Assembly (NCBI GenBank): GCA_964016885.1 | Contig: OZ024752.1 | Location: 36,952,001 to 37,016,000 of the forward strand | DNA: 64,000 nucleotides | Source: Eledone cirrhosa | Taxonomy: Eukaryota | Reading direction: 5' to 3' | Shown: positions 48,949-62,234 of the stretch, in pieces | Numbering within the stretch: the first letter of the stretch is position 1 | How the letters are laid out: every line of letters starts with the position of its first letter | Notes under the pieces: model-generated | Told to the model about the DNA's origin: nothing | What the model saw: only the letters and a program-made list of their open reading frames with translations | Database searches by the model: none | Translations under genes and position numbers: made by a program

Positions 48949-51322
48949 TAACGGCGATCGTTACGTTAGATTTTCAAATATATTTCTAAAATATTTTCTT
49001 CACATCAATCTGATTCAAAGTGGTCCATAACAAGAATTTCTCCCCATAAGCCCATCAGAACTTATTAGAAACAATGCGATAGGGAATGTAGTATCCTCAT
49101 TCTTTTTCATACAAACACAATATTGAAACTGAAATTAAAAGATAGGAACGCATCACTTAGATAACACAGTTTGTTGTCTTTTAAATGTCACGATAAGTTT
49201 ACCTAAAATGTTGGCCCATTGCTGATGATTAATACAACCCCCGTTCCATTAAATGATACGATGTTCCTTAAATTATCGAGGAATAAGTAAGTGCATCCTT
49301 GTTCTTAGGCGAGACATCAAGCACAACTTCACACTAACAGTCTCAGTTTCCCCATCAAGGTGTGTAGGTACTCCTTGTCAATTCTACTGTCTCTAGTTAT
49401 GATATCCTGGTATGTGAGCTTCCTAGTAGAGGAGATCTCCCACAACAACAGGGTCTGAAACTATCTCATCTTTTGCGTGGACGCAGGGACCAGCAAACCT
49501 TGTACGACGTTTACTTTTGGGATTTTTTCCGTATATCTGATTAAGTATGGGACGAGCCTACGGGCCTACCGGGGAATATTTTGAGCCTTTCTCACAGAAA
49601 GGCAGCGTAACATCCATCTAAATGGCTCTTCAGACGGGAGTGCAAGATCCAAGTCTCAGAACCATAGAGAAGGATCGGCTCTATTGTTGTTTTTCAGCTT
49701 GTTTAGAACAACAGTAAGTAGAATTACTTGTAACGAAGGCTTTACGTTATAATCACTGCTGAAAGTTATACCAATAAAGTATATAAATATATTGGTAACA
49801 CTCATTCTTAGTATCTCGCCACGTATAAATTGTATTTTGTATGTTTTAGTTACTAAATTATTGAAGATGAGTAATGTGTATACGCTGAGAGGAGTGTGAA
49901 AGTTCAGTATCGATCTCGGAGATCGGAGAAAGAATTTTCTCAGTGCATGTCTGGACATTAATAATTTACTGTCGTAAGTGACTGCAGTCGACTAACTGTT
50001 CTATTATTTTACTGTTGGTGCTGAAAAATTGCGTAGAAATTAATAAATTAATACCGGTGTGTCAACAAGTACGTGCTGTATTTTGACATCCATCCAGCTG
50101 CGATGAAAATTAGAGCATATGTGCAGGGCCAGGCCTTCACCCTTGAGGCCCTACGCTATATGAAATTTGAGACCCGTCTCTAAAAAAAACAATTCGGGTG
50201 AAATAATGTAAAATAAACTATACATGATTAATATTTTTTATATGAATGTTAATGATAAAAAATAAGAACGCTGCCAGTTTCCTCTTGCTATACTCTCAAT
50301 CACAAACCTATCGGAGAGCAGTTGATCCTTGGACAGTTTGCCCTCATCGGCCTTGCGGGCAGCGATGCGTGCCTGGGCTAGTAGCCAAACACACCAGGTT
50401 CACTGTATTTTGTGGAGTTTGGTTAATGTTTGGTACATTTAAAACGAGTATCAATCAAGACGAAGAAATATATGATTGGGTGTATTGATTCAATATGTGT
50501 TGCCTCGAGGACTTGGTTGTTGTTTGGTTGATGTTTTTGAAGTTAATTTGGGTAAATTAATTTATGCCCCCCGCCCCCTACATACGCACCACCGCCACCA
50601 CCACAAAAGCCCACTTTGGAAAAAATCTTAAGCAAAATTTCATTCATACTCACCACCTCAATTTAGATTTTCATGAAAAGTGAACAGAGAAAAATGAAAG
50701 CATCTGTTGTGTAAAATAGAGTTATTTATTTGCCAAAATGTTTAAAGTGCTTGTACAAACATGTCTACATTTATTGCAAATGGCTAGTTGTCAGTCATCA
50801 ACTAAAGTATTTCATAATGGTCGTGGACGAAAGGTAGCAATCACCAATAGTTCAGTGGAACCAGAATTAAACCAATTTCCTGTGGAGGAGCGCTGTCTTC
50901 CAGGTGAGACAGTATCAATAGTACCATCTTGGTATATGCTATGAACATTGTGATGAGTTACATCAACCAATTTAAAATGACCAAACTTTGGATAATGTTT
51001 ATTGTTAGGATTAAAATACCTGAGCCAAACTTCTCTTGATTCAGACAACCATCCAAGAAAAGACTATCTTGTTGATGAGTCACACTGTCTTTCTGGAAGC
51101 GTTTCGTTTCTGGGCAAAGGGCAGGGCCATGTGTTAATGTTCTTCATAGAGTTTTATTTACACAAGTCATGGGTAACCTTTCCCAAGCAGTGGGGGGCTG
51201 CATAGTATGTGGCTCATCATAAGGGGGGGGTCGCACTACTAACAGATTCAAGGCAATTCTGAAATTAGTTGTGCCATTTAGAAAGCCAAATAGAACGCAC
51301 ATTGCCAATGAGTCATTTAGAT

Positions 51323-51641
51323 CAGGGGTTCTCAACTTGGTCCATGTGGACCACTAGTGGTCCACAGGAAAATTCAGGTGGTCCACAGAAAATTTTCTAA
51401 CATGCATTTGACTTAAAGCGCTGTTCTTATTCTTCGCATAAGTACGACATCAGCTGTTTATTTGCGTAGATTTTTAGGCACTGCGACATGATAATAGCAT
51501 TTTCTAATTCATTGAAAAAAAACATCTACTGATGCTTATAAGTAGCAGTTCTATTACAAAAGATTTTAAAGTTTAGGTGGTCCACAGGAAAAAATTACTT
51601 ATTTTGGTGGTCCACAGCGAAAAAAAGGTTGAGAACCCCTG
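51323..51641. mobile_element. hAT-type MITE with subterminal GTGGTCCACAG repeats
   Basis: TIR caggggttctcaac; 8-bp TSD ATTTAGAT. Confidence 0.92.
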
Positions 51642-52849
51642 ATTTAGATGTTGTACTTGACGGTCTCCTGTAGGATGATATGGACCTTGTACAATATTAT
51701 TGTTCTCCAGAAGTATGTCAACATCTCGTGACATAAATTAGGATATATATTTTGAAGACAATGAATTACTGTAACATCAAGAGAAACCTTGTATATTTAT
51801 TTATAACCATCAATAAGTATTAGTAAGAGTTAGGGGAGATTGTAAATGACTATTGAAGTTGAGATTCGGATGCTGAAGTGGTTGTGTGGACTTGAGAAAT
51901 TTGGCAGGGAAGAATGGACCTTTGAAGTTAGAATTAAGATGCTAAAATGTTTGTGTGGAGTTGGGAAGTTTGGCAGGGGGAAAAATGGTAGAATCGTGGT
52001 TTACAATTCTGAGTATGGTATGCATTCATCAAAAGTTTTTTTAAACATCTTCCAAAGAAAAGGGCATATTCTTAGATCTAAGACAGTGACATAATTGAGT
52101 CTCTTCAAGCAGGTCTTATTGATGCTTTAAGCAGATGAATAGCATTTAGGGATTTTTCTTACAATTGAAAAGTTGGAAATGAACTCCCTGTAAGTTGTCA
52201 TGCTGGTGACATGATGAAATAGGGCCCAGTCCACCCTGTAAGGTGGTTGTGCTGGTGACACAATGTAAAAGGACTTAGTCCATCCTGTTAGATGGTCATT
52301 TCTGTGCCATGATAAAAAGAATCCAGTTCACATTGAAACATGGTTGACATTATGAAGGGCATCCAGCCATAGAAACCAAACCAAAATACAGATCTGTATA
52401 AGCAAAACATAGTTTGTTTTGAAAATTTGCAGTAAACTAAAGACTTTAATTTTTAATGTGAATTAGTCATAGTGCTGTTTTGTATTTTTTTAAGAAGGTT
52501 TTTGGTAATGCGATTTCGTGTGGTACAGGACGTTAAGAGTTACTTATCACTTATAGAAAGATGAGATGTGCTACTTCTGTGTTTATTATGTACAGAACAG
52601 AACTGAAATTAAAGCTTATCTCCCTCCTGCCAAAACCAGGGAATGAAAAAAAATCATTGCTTCAATTTTCTTAGCTTAAAAATTAGACGTGAGATATCAG
52701 TAGGAAATGATGAGATATCTGTAGGAAAGGTGGGATTTATGATATCAGATAATTTGTGATAAACAATTTTGTAATTACCAAAAATAACTATGAGTTTGTG
52801 GGAATATAGAAGTGAGGACTAGAAAGAATAACTAGCCTATTTCTAGTTG

Positions 52850-53290
52850 TGACCATCCCATCTGAATGTTGAGCTGGCTTAGGGCTAGCAGCAACATATC
52901 CTGGCACTATGTATCATGCCATCTGTATGTTGAGCTGTCTTGGCATCTGGTATCATCCCATCTGTATGTTGAGCTGTCTTGGCATCTGGTATCATCCCAT
53001 CTGGATGTTGAGGTTGTCTGAGGACTAGCAACATGCCCTGGCATCTGGTATCATCCCATCTGTATGTTGAGGTTGTCTGAGGACTAGCAACATGCCCTGG
53101 CATCTGGTATCATCCCATCTGCATATTGAGCTGGCTTAGGACTACCAATATGTCTTGGCACCAGGTATCATCCCATCTGTATGTTGAGCTGTCTTGGCAC
53201 CTGGCATCATTCCATCTGGATGTTGAGGTTGTCTTCATGTCTTAGAACTAGCAACAACATATCCTGGCTCCAGGTATTATCCCATCTGTT
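52850..53290. repeat. Imperfect 38/59-bp tandem repeat (catcccatctgtatgttgag...)
   Basis: Seen directly. Confidence 0.85.
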
Positions 53291-54007
53291 TGTTAAGCAA
53301 AGCATTATGTCTTTGAGCAAGACACTTTATTTCACGTTGCCCTTTCTACCAAGAGTTGCGACCAAAGGTTAATGGAAACACAGACGTTAAAACGATGATG
53401 ATGATTATTCCATCTGACAGTTTAATGGATGGAAGGACATATTGGACAATCTATCCAGTAATCATCATCATCATCTTCAGTGTTTAACAGCTATTTTCCA
53501 TGCTTGCATGGGTTAGGTTGGCTGTCATGTTATGAGGTCTGATAAGTCAAGTGACCACATCTTGTTCATATGCTCCTTGATTTTCTATGGCTGGATGTCC
53601 TTCCTAACGCCAACCACCTTACAGGGTGGACTGGGTGTTGTTGTGGCACCAGTACAACCGCCTTATAGGATGGGCTGGGTGTGATTTTCATGGCACCTGC
53701 ACCCCCAACACAGAGTGAACTGGGTGCTTTTTGTCATGGCATCAGTATGGCCTCATTTGTTAATTCAAATGTTTATAGTATCTTTACTAGAGGACAGATC
53801 ATTGTGAAAAAATTTGTGTATCAGAGTAAGACTTCAACTACTAATGTGACACAGCCATAGGACTATTTTGTACTTTTCAAAAAATATCTTGCTCATGTAG
53901 TTTCATGCTGTACAGGACGTTAAGAGTTAAGGGTTTGTTTTAAGTTTTGTAATTTTTCAAACTCCTGTGTATTCTAATTTCAGTGAGGTGACCTATCCAG
54001 CTAGAAA

Positions 54008-54060
54008 ATGACGGAGTATACGTTACATCATCATGTTGATGAACTTATTGATCTTCTCAA
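54008..54060 (+). CDS. TUBGCP2: Gamma-tubulin complex component 2, first coding exon (MTEYTLHHHVDELIDLL); exon begins 53984
   Basis: Matches the GCP2 N-terminus as I recall it (human MSEFRIHHDVNELLSLL); in-frame upstream stops; gtgagt donor, phase 2. Confidence 0.92.
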
Positions 54061-54135
54061 GTGAGTTCCCTCTTTTATAATATAGATTCTTTTATTCTTT
54101 TATTGGTTTAGGTCATTATATCGTTGCTATCCTAT

Positions 54136-54436
54136 GAGGGCCGGATTAAATAGGGGGGGGGGGGGATTGCCCTGGGCCCCTGCAGTGGGGGACGACCCCA
54201 CCAGCGATGGCTGTAGCAATTTATTTGTGCCCTCAGCTGGGCTTTTTAGTTTTAGGATGGTTAGAAGTTTTGAATTTAATACCTGTATATATAACTTTTC
54301 AATTCCATTTACTCATGCCAAGCTAACTTTGATATGTAAAATTGGGGGGTTTGCTGTATATTCTAAATTTTTTGTGTATGAGGGGCCCCCTAAACCTGAA
54401 GTGCCCCTGGACTCCCAAGGTCTAAATCCGACCCTG
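54136..54436. mobile_element. Possible hAT-type MITE
   Basis: Imperfect TIR gagggccggatt / aatccgaccctg; TSD not clean. Confidence 0.55.
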
Positions 54437-54533
54437 CATCCTGGGACATTGTCAGTTGTATGTTTTTCCAAGTCTGGTACTTATATACTCTTGATTGTCA
54501 GTGCTTGACTTACCTATAAGCTATAGCTTAGGG

Positions 54534-55038
54534 CAACATTTCTCAACCTTTTTACTCTTGTGGAACCCTTGAAATAGTTTTCATGTCTCAGGGAACTCCT
54601 GCATTATTTTGTACCATTATTAATATCAATCAAAGGGCGGTGAATTGGCAGTATCGGTAGAGGGTCGGACGCCATGCTTTCCAGCATAGAGTTACGTCCC
54701 TTTACGATCTGAGTTCAAATCCCGCCGAGGTTAACTTTGCCTTTCATCCTTATGGGGTTGATAAAATAAAGTACCAGTAATGTACTGGGTAATTTGCTGG
54801 CCTTGTGCCAAAAGTAGAAACAATTATTAATATCAATCTCTTTTATATTTTTATCATAGTTCATGTGATAAACATAATATATGTTTTTCAGACAACTGGT
54901 TTCCAACTATATGCTGTACGTGTATAGTAAAATTATGAATATAAAATTAAACCAAAACTACTCAAAATGCATTAGCTTATGTATCACTGTTTCTTGCAGA
55001 ACCCTAAGATTCTGGGGAACACTGGTTGAGAAATGCTG
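54534..55038. mobile_element. hAT-type MITE with a nested SINE (~54632-54822)
   Basis: TIR caacatttctcaacc; TSD GCTTAGGG; nested SINE flanked by the 16-bp duplication attattaatatcaatc. Confidence 0.9.
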
Positions 55039-55236
55039 GCTTAGGGCCACACACTCATGGGAGCACTCCATTCTTATTATATTATATTGCCTTTGTTTTT
55101 CCTCTCACTTTAATTTGAGGTGTGGTTTGAATCAATAAGTCCACTAAACTATCTCAGTCTATCCTATCCTCCTCTTCTTCATCTGTTATGCATGTAATGA
55201 AACCTCCAAAAATTTATTGTTGATATTTATTTATAG

Positions 55237-55321
55237 TATTCGAGAAACTGATGCTGTCGGAGCTGATGTATATGCTGAGATGTTACTAGAAAGTTCCAAG
55301 AAGCCAACTGTACCCTCTTCG
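55237..55321 (+). CDS. TUBGCP2: GCP2 exon (NIRETDAVGADVYAEMLLESSKKPTVPSS)
   Basis: ttatag/gtaagt, phase 2-0; GA-x-VY motif as in GCP2. Confidence 0.9.
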
Positions 55322-56680
55322 GTAAGTATGGTTCCATCTAAGATTATAGGCTTTATAGAACTACTGGCTGAATATACCCATGCTTTTTTCTCAAACAGAT
55401 GTTGTTACCATTCCTTCCTCTTCTCAAGGGGGTCGTTATTGGCAGAGATGTTAGGACGTTGGGTCGATTGCTTTGCAGTATTTGTTCCGATTTTCTGCTC
55501 TCTCAGTTCAAATCCTATGTACGGTAATTAAGGAAGAATTTTTAAGGATTTGCTAAATATATTACATTACTGAGGGAGTAATTAACAGCTGGTCATTATG
55601 TAGAATTGCGTCGATTAGCAGTAATTGGTAGAGTGTCGGACAGCATGCTTGGTGGCATATAGTTATGGCCCTTTACGTTCTGAGTTCAAATCCCACCGAG
55701 GTTAACTTTGCCTTTCATCTCTACAGGGTCGATAAAATAAAGTACCAGTAATGTACTAGGGTCAATTTAATTGACTTTCCCCTCCCCCAAAATTGTTGGC
55801 CATGTGCCTAACTAAAAAAAACCATTATTATTTAGCTATTGGCATAGAGGGCGGTGAATTGGCAGTATCGGTAGAGGGTTGGACGCCATGCTTTCTAGCA
55901 TAGTTACGTCCCTTTACAGTCTGAGTTCAAATCCCGCCAAGGTTAACTTTGCCTTTCATCCTTACGGCGTCGATAAAATATAGTACCAGTAATGCACTGG
56001 GTAATTGCTGGCCTTGTGCCAAAAGTAGAAACAATTATTTAGCTCTAGGTTGAGGGCAGAGGATTGGCAGTATCAGTAGAGGGTCGGACGCCATGCATTG
56101 GAGCAAAGAGTTACGGTCTTTTATGGTCTGAGTTCAAATCCCGCCGAGATTAACTTTCCCTTTCATCCTTACATGGTCAATAAAATAAAGCACCAGTAAC
56201 GTAGTGGGGTTGATTCAATCGACTTTCCGCTCCCCCAAATTACTGGCCTTGTTGCTATACTAGTAATCATTCAGTATCGGTAGAGGGTCGGACGCCATGC
56301 TTTCCAGCATAGTTACGTCCCTTTATGATCTGAGTTCAAATCCCGCCGAGGTTAACTTTGCCTTTCATCCTTACAGGGTCGATAAAATAAAGTACCAGTA
56401 ATGCACTGGGTAATTGCAGGCCTTGTGCCTAAAGTAGAAACAATTATTTAGCTCTAGGTCAAACCTAGTTGAGCAAGACTTATGAAGACATGCTGCCTTT
56501 TTTAAACCACAGTGTACCTTAGACTACATTATACTATGCATCTTTACATTATTGATAGTATTGGTAGAGCGTTGGGCATTATTTTAAATAGCAAAACCTT
56601 GACAATATAGTAATTTAATATTTTACCTCTCGACTAAAGGACAAATATCTTAATCATATAAAATATTTTCTGTTTTGTAG

Positions 56681-56772
56681 GTTCCTTTTTTACAGATTAA
56701 AAAGAAAGTATCTGAGAAAGCTCCTCAAAGATTGCGGTTTTTAGAAAAATATGAAGAGCTGAAGAACTTGAA
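56681..56772 (+). CDS. TUBGCP2: GCP2 exon (VPFLQIKKKVSEKAPQRLRFLEKYEELKNL)
   Basis: ttgtag/gtaaga, phase 0-2; FL-x-KY-x-ELK motif. Confidence 0.9.
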
Positions 56773-57431
56773 GTAAGAATTTTTTTCTTTTGTTTTATAG
56801 AGAAGGGCAGTGTATTGGAAGAATCGGTAGAGCGTCAGACAACATGCTTTGCGGTATATGGTTACGAGCTGATTTCAAATCCTGCTGAGGTTAGCTTTGT
56901 TTACAGGGTTAATAAAATAAAGTACCAGTAATGTATTGGAGTTGATTTAATCCACTTTCCCCTTCCCTTTAAATTGCTGCCCCCCCCCCCCCATCTAAAC
57001 AAATATTAACCCTTAAATTAGGTTAGCATTGCCTTTCATCCTTACAGGATTGATAAAATAAAGTACCAGTCACTCACTGGGGTCGATTTAATTAATTTTC
57101 CCCCCTCCTCTCAAAATGGTTGGCCTTGTGCCTTAATAATTTTCTCATTATTATAATTATAATTTTCTCAAAATTATGATTGAATTTAATATAAACAGTT
57201 TAAGACAAGTACAACCTAAGGTGGTTTGATATTAAAAGGGCTAAAGAACCCTATAATATTTTTCTTTGTTAACAATTCTGACATTTGTACATTATTCTAT
57301 GTACTATACATGCACCTTTGATGAGTTGTAGTGCACCTGAGCACTGTACACAATAATTTCATTATTATTTTTAATTATAGCTGAACTTGTAAATATACTT
57401 AGAATCATTTTTTCCAATTCTCTTTTTGTAG

Positions 57432-57489
57432 TACCCATGGTTTAAACCGGTTTGTTTTCTTCCTATCGGAGTTGTGTGAAGACAAAGAG
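57432..57489 (+). CDS. TUBGCP2: GCP2 exon (NTHGLNRFVFFLSELCEDKE)
   Basis: ttgtag/gtaatt, phase 2-0; parallels NTRNLDPLVYLLSKLTEDKE. Confidence 0.9.
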
Positions 57490-58448
57490 GTAATTTACTT
57501 TTTAATTGTTTTACTGTTTTTACATTTTTGTTTTTTTTTTGTTTTCTCCATCGCATTATTAGTTTAGCAGTCTATCCACCCTGTAATATGGTAGTGCTGG
57601 TGTCACAACAAAAAGCATCCAGTCAACCCTGTAATATGGTAGTGCTGGTGCCACATTGAAAAGCGCCCTGTCAACCCTGTAATATGGTAGTGCTGGTGCC
57701 ACATTGAAAAGCGCCCTGTCAACCCTGTAATATGGTAGTGCTGGTGTCACAACAAAAAGCGCCCTGTCAACCCTGTAATATGGCTGTAATAATGGGTTGT
57801 GCGGTTTTGAATTTTGAAACAATGTTTTCAACAGCCAGATGCTCTTCCTGATGCCAATCCTTTTAGTTGCCTTTTATGACCTGCAGGGATATGGTGTGCC
57901 TATTCTAAAAACTAGGCTACATGTGGTACCAGGTTACTAGAGATAAATAATTCAAATCAAAATAACTGATACTGGGTAAGGATGGACCAATGTCAGTATT
58001 GTAAAATAGACATCTAATGAGGAATGTTTCCTCTTTTATACATTAAAATTAGACTGCAAATTGGCAGAGTCATTAGAATGTCAGATAGAATGCTTTGCAG
58101 TATTCATTCTGGCTCGCTACTGTCTGAGTTCAAGTCCCACTGAGGTCAACTTTACCTTTCATCCTTTTGAGGTCGATAAAAAAATAGTCTAGTACTAGGG
58201 TTGATTTTTCTTCTATATTTCTTTCTCACTGCCATTCCTTTACTCTCTAACCTTCTCTAGAAGAAATCTGCTTTACTCTGACCTGGAGAGGAGAAGGACC
58301 CTGCCAGGTTTTAAAATGTCCAAGAAAGGCTATATGTCAATATGACTCCCTCTGGACTTACAGATCCATACGTTAAAATATTCATGTTAAAAAAAAAATC
58401 TTATTTCTAGTTTCTTTATTAATTTATAATTTTTTTTCTGTTCTAAAG

Positions 58449-58565
58449 ACTGTGAAATTTTTAAATGAAAATGAAGAGACGGCAAAAGCAAATGTTGCTT
58501 CTGAAGAGAAGATTGAAACTTTCGATCTAGATGAAAAGTTGCTGCCATTCCCAGATCTAGACGAG
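58449..58565 (+). CDS. TUBGCP2: GCP2 exon (TVKFLNENEETAKANVASEEKIETFDLDEKLLPFPDLDE)
   Basis: ctaaag/gtaagt, phase 0-0. Confidence 0.85.
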
Positions 58566-59411
58566 GTAAGTCTCATATTGTTGAAAAAGAAGAAGGCAAA
58601 TAATGAATTGCAGAAGATGGTGGGAATAGAGGCAGTGATGAATGTTGTGAAGAGAAATAGAATGAGATAGTTGGGTCATGTGTTGAGGAAAGGGGAAAAT
58701 GACTGGGTGAGAGGAATAGAGGCAGTGGTGAATGTAGTGAACAGAAATGGAATGAGATGGTTGGGTCCTGAGTTGAGGAAAGGTGAAAGTGACTGGGTGA
58801 GAGGAGTGATGGAAAGAAGTAGAAAAAAGGGGAAAACCCAGAAAAACATGGTTAAACATGAAAGAGGAAGAAATAAAAGCCAGGGATTGTTATGGGGAGA
58901 TGCAGACAATAGGGCAAAATGAAGGAGCGTGTTATGGGGTCTGCAATGCTAACCCCCTATTTAGCAGAGAAAATAACCTTCAAATGCTTGTTTGCCTAAA
59001 ATAACTAAAAAAATATGATGAATGTATTGTGTGCGTATTTTTTTTTGCTTAACATCTTCAATTAACAGCTGATGGCAACTTCTTTTTTCCATCTTTAAGG
59101 GTCTTCGCCTTATTTTATAGCATCTCCTTGCATGAGCACATCATTCTTTTTTACAAGAAAAATGTTTATATTAATGCTTAACTCTTTAGCATTTAAACTG
59201 GCCATATCTGGCCAGAATTCTCTCACCTCTTTCCGTTCAAACCGGCTACTCATACTGATGTTAAGGTATTGTTCTCAAAATAAATAATATCAAAATCTCG
59301 TAGATTTGATATTATGTGAGGTAAAGACCTTACCACGAAAATGTAATAGTAAATATCGAGTAATGTAAATGCTAAAGGGTTAAATAACTAATTTACTTCT
59401 CTTTCCTTTAG

Positions 59412-59496
59412 TTAAAAGATGAACTACGGAAGGCTCAAGGAACAACACGTATTTTCAAAGAAATACATTTAGTGGCTCCTCAAAAGAAACGTGTCA
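59412..59496 (+). CDS. TUBGCP2: GCP2 exon (LKDELRKAQGTTRIFKEIHLVAPQKKRV)
   Basis: ctttag/gtaagt, phase 0-1. Confidence 0.85.
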
Positions 59497-59619
59497 GTAA
59501 GTAGCAAGTATTATTTGCTCCACAACTTAATTTATCAGTAAATATTACTAATATAAGTATTTTTATAGACTAATATACTCTATGAACATTTTATAAACTT
59601 AGATTTGTAGAGCACCTGA

Positions 59620-60055
59620 GCACTGTACACAATAACTTTCATTATTATTCTTATTATTAAGGGCGGTGGATTGGCAGTATCGGTAGAGGGTCGGACGCCA
59701 TGCTTTCCAGCATAGTTACGTCCCTTTACGATCTGAGTTCAAATCCCGCCGAGGTTGACTTTGCCTTTCATCCTTACGGGGTCGATAAAATAAAGTACCA
59801 GTAATGCACTGGATAATTGCTGGCCTTGTGCCAAAAGTAGAAACAATTATTATTATTCTTATTAGGGCGGTGGATTGGCAGTATCGGTAGAGGGTCGGAC
59901 GCCATGCTTTCCAGCATAGTTACGTCCCTTTACGATCTGAGTTCAAATCCCGCCGAGGTTGACTTTGCCTTTCATCCTTACGGGGTCGATAAAATAAAGT
60001 ACCAGTAATGCACTGGTAATTGCTGGCCTTGTGCCTAAAGTAGAAACAATTATTA
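59620..60055 (+). mobile_element. tRNA-derived SINE (~195 bp), two tandem copies; >25 copies in window (e.g. 2770-2960, 3298-3690, 8425-8610, 8868-9055, 9566-9758(-), 12948-13130, 13316-13800(-), 18492-18665, 34700-35460, 43790-44275, 55615-56450, 61125-61309(-))
   Basis: A box TGGCAGTATCGG, B box GAGTTCAAATCC, conserved core gcctttcatccttacggggtcgataaaataaagtacc, (ATT)n tail. Confidence 0.9.
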
Positions 60056-60626
60056 TTCTTATTATTATCATAATAAAATAAAGAATAATTTTGGTAAACA
60101 CGTCCAAATTCTTCATTAGTTAGTCAAAACAAATAGTAACAAAAGCTATGATGCAGTTTGTGCATTAATCCTTTATTTGCCAACCTGGTCAAAACTGGCT
60201 CTGGTTCTTTGAAATAAATCCACCCATTTTAAGGGTTTCCAATTTAAATTAAAATCTACCAACACGATTTTATATAAGAACATTAAGTTACTATCTTAGT
60301 AATGAAATAATTAATAATTTGAGTAAATCCTTCAAAATTCTTCATTATTTAATTAAAATGAGTGTTTTTTTAAATTAGAAATGCAGTCATGAAACGGTTA
60401 AAAGTACAACCACTTTGTCATCAAATTTAAGGACTTTATTTTCATTTCCTCCACACAATTATTATTTTTTGAGAAACAAATAAAAACAAGATAGACAGAA
60501 ATAAGTGAATATAAAAATAAAAATAAAAGTAAAAAATAAAATTTAAAATAGAGAAAGCCAACAGGAGGGAAAAAAACACAAATAATTGTCAAACTATTCC
60601 TTAATGTTGCTTTGTCTTTCTTCCAG

Positions 60627-60715
60627 TGACTGTTCCTGAACAACCTAGCTGGTTATTTAAAAGATCTGGATTAACAATGGACTATGTACATAATATTGAT
60701 GGCTACGTTAATGAG
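60627..60715 (+). CDS. TUBGCP2: GCP2 exon (MTVPEQPSWLFKRSGLTMDYVHNIDGYVNE)
   Basis: ttccag/gtacaa, phase 1-0; P..P.W...R..L..D motif. Confidence 0.88.
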
Positions 60716-61711
60716 GTACAATTTTTGAATCTATATAAAATTTTTTTATCCAAGTAACCCTTCAGTTTGTGTCAAGGACATGACAAGCTCCCTAGTGTTG
60801 GTGATCTACATGATAAAGACAACCAGTACTTGCTGTAAAGTGGTTGGTGTTATGAAGAACATCCAGCCGTAGAAAGCTTGCCAAACAAGGGGTTGGGAGG
60901 ACCCTTCAGTTTGTGTCAAAGACAAGATGACCTCCCCTGTGCACTTAGTAGAATGTGAGACTGCACGTGAGATGCAGATTCCACAGCCTGTCTGGGGTGG
61001 TCAGTAGCCCCGCTTCAGTGCTGACTTGGTCTATGTAGACTCACCCAACTCTTGCTAGCATGCAAAGTGGATGTTAAAAGAACGACAATGATGTAATATA
61101 TAATCACACTCTATCTTTCTTTAAATAATTGTTTCTACTTTTGGCACAAGGCCAGCAATTACCCAGTACATTACTGGTACTTTATTTTATCGATCCCGTA
61201 AGGATGAAAGGCAAAGTCAACCTCGGCGGGATTTGAACTCAGACCGTAAAGGGACGTAACTATGCTGGAAAGCATGGCGTCCGACTCTCTACCGATACTG
61301 CCAATCCACTCTAAATAATGGTTTCTGATTTAGGCTATCATATCTCTTCCATGGTGTATTTGTTTCAGTTTCAATATATTCTTAGATCCAAGCAGGTACA
61401 GTTATGAAGTTTAAAACAATGCTAATTTCTATACCATAAGTTAAAGAAGAACACATCGACCGTTCATTTTTGTTTTTACCATTTCCGTTTCACCTTTGAA
61501 AAAAGGGCCATAACCCCGAAATATGTTGAAATATATTGGGTAAAATATTACTTTGTTTTGTTTTATTTGTCATCCTTTGCCATTTAAATATTTCTACTGC
61601 ATTGTACTGGCTTTTTGAAACTTATCAGTCATTTATTATCATCATCATCATTTTATGTCCGCTTTTCCCTGCTTGCAATATTATTTATACTATTTGTTAT
61701 TTTCTCTGTAG

Positions 61712-61789
61712 CATCTTCCTATTCTTGGCACCCTTCATCTTAGTGAACAAGAGAGATTAGTAATTGCTGACCTCCTTTTTCTTTTAGAG
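61712..61789 (+). CDS. TUBGCP2: GCP2 exon, start of GRIP1 (HLPILGTLHLSEQERLVIADLLFLLE)
   Basis: ctgtag/gtaagt, phase 0-0; GTL....QE..V..DLL. Confidence 0.93.
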
Positions 61790-62234
61790 GTAAGTTGAAT
61801 ATTTTTTTTGATTTTATAAAATTATGTTTGATACGACAATAAAATATGCTCAGTTTACATCTTCTTTGGCCATATCTTTCATGGTTATCCCCTTTCTTCT
61901 AATTCTTTCTCACCCAATGACATTCTCCTTCGTGATCCAGCTGTCCCATTCCATTTCGCTTCACAACATTCATCACTGGCTCTGTTCCTCTCACCCAGTC
62001 ACTTTCATCCCTCCTCAACACATGACCCAACCATCTTATTCCATTTCTTTTCATAACAATTATCACTGGCTCTATTCCCATTATCTGTTGCGATTCATTA
62101 TTTTTCTCTAAAAAATATTTTTTTCTGATTCCGCTCTGCCCATCCCCTCAATCTTTGTAATTTGTCATTCCTTTTTACCTTTTATGATAAGTTCTTGTTT
62201 TTTGGATATGTCAATATTTATAAAACAACTTTTG

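Noticed and set aside
48639-48989. 116-aa hydrophobic ORF
   Set aside because: GTG start, runs through a likely donor into low-complexity AT-rich sequence.
49222-49262. CTGATGA followed by a TTAAT...ATTAA stem
   Set aside because: No GAAA, stem III or stem I, so not a hammerhead.
49451-49640. GGTCTGA ... TCAGAC pairing reminiscent of RNase P P4
   Set aside because: Lacks the GGAA of CR-I and the AC...A context of CR-V.
31816-55046. All four clean hAT TSDs have a central TA (NNNTANNN)
   Set aside because: Known target preference of Buster/Charlie-type hAT elements; not novel.
59620-59720. tRNA-like A/B boxes
   Set aside because: SINE heads; no complete cloverleaf, so not tRNA genes.
61488-61531. 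TTGAAAA-GGG/CCC-GAAA hammerhead-shaped remnant (similar weak case on the minus strand at ~37490-37530)
   Set aside because: Two or more core positions broken and no convincing NUH; could be chance in AT-rich DNA.
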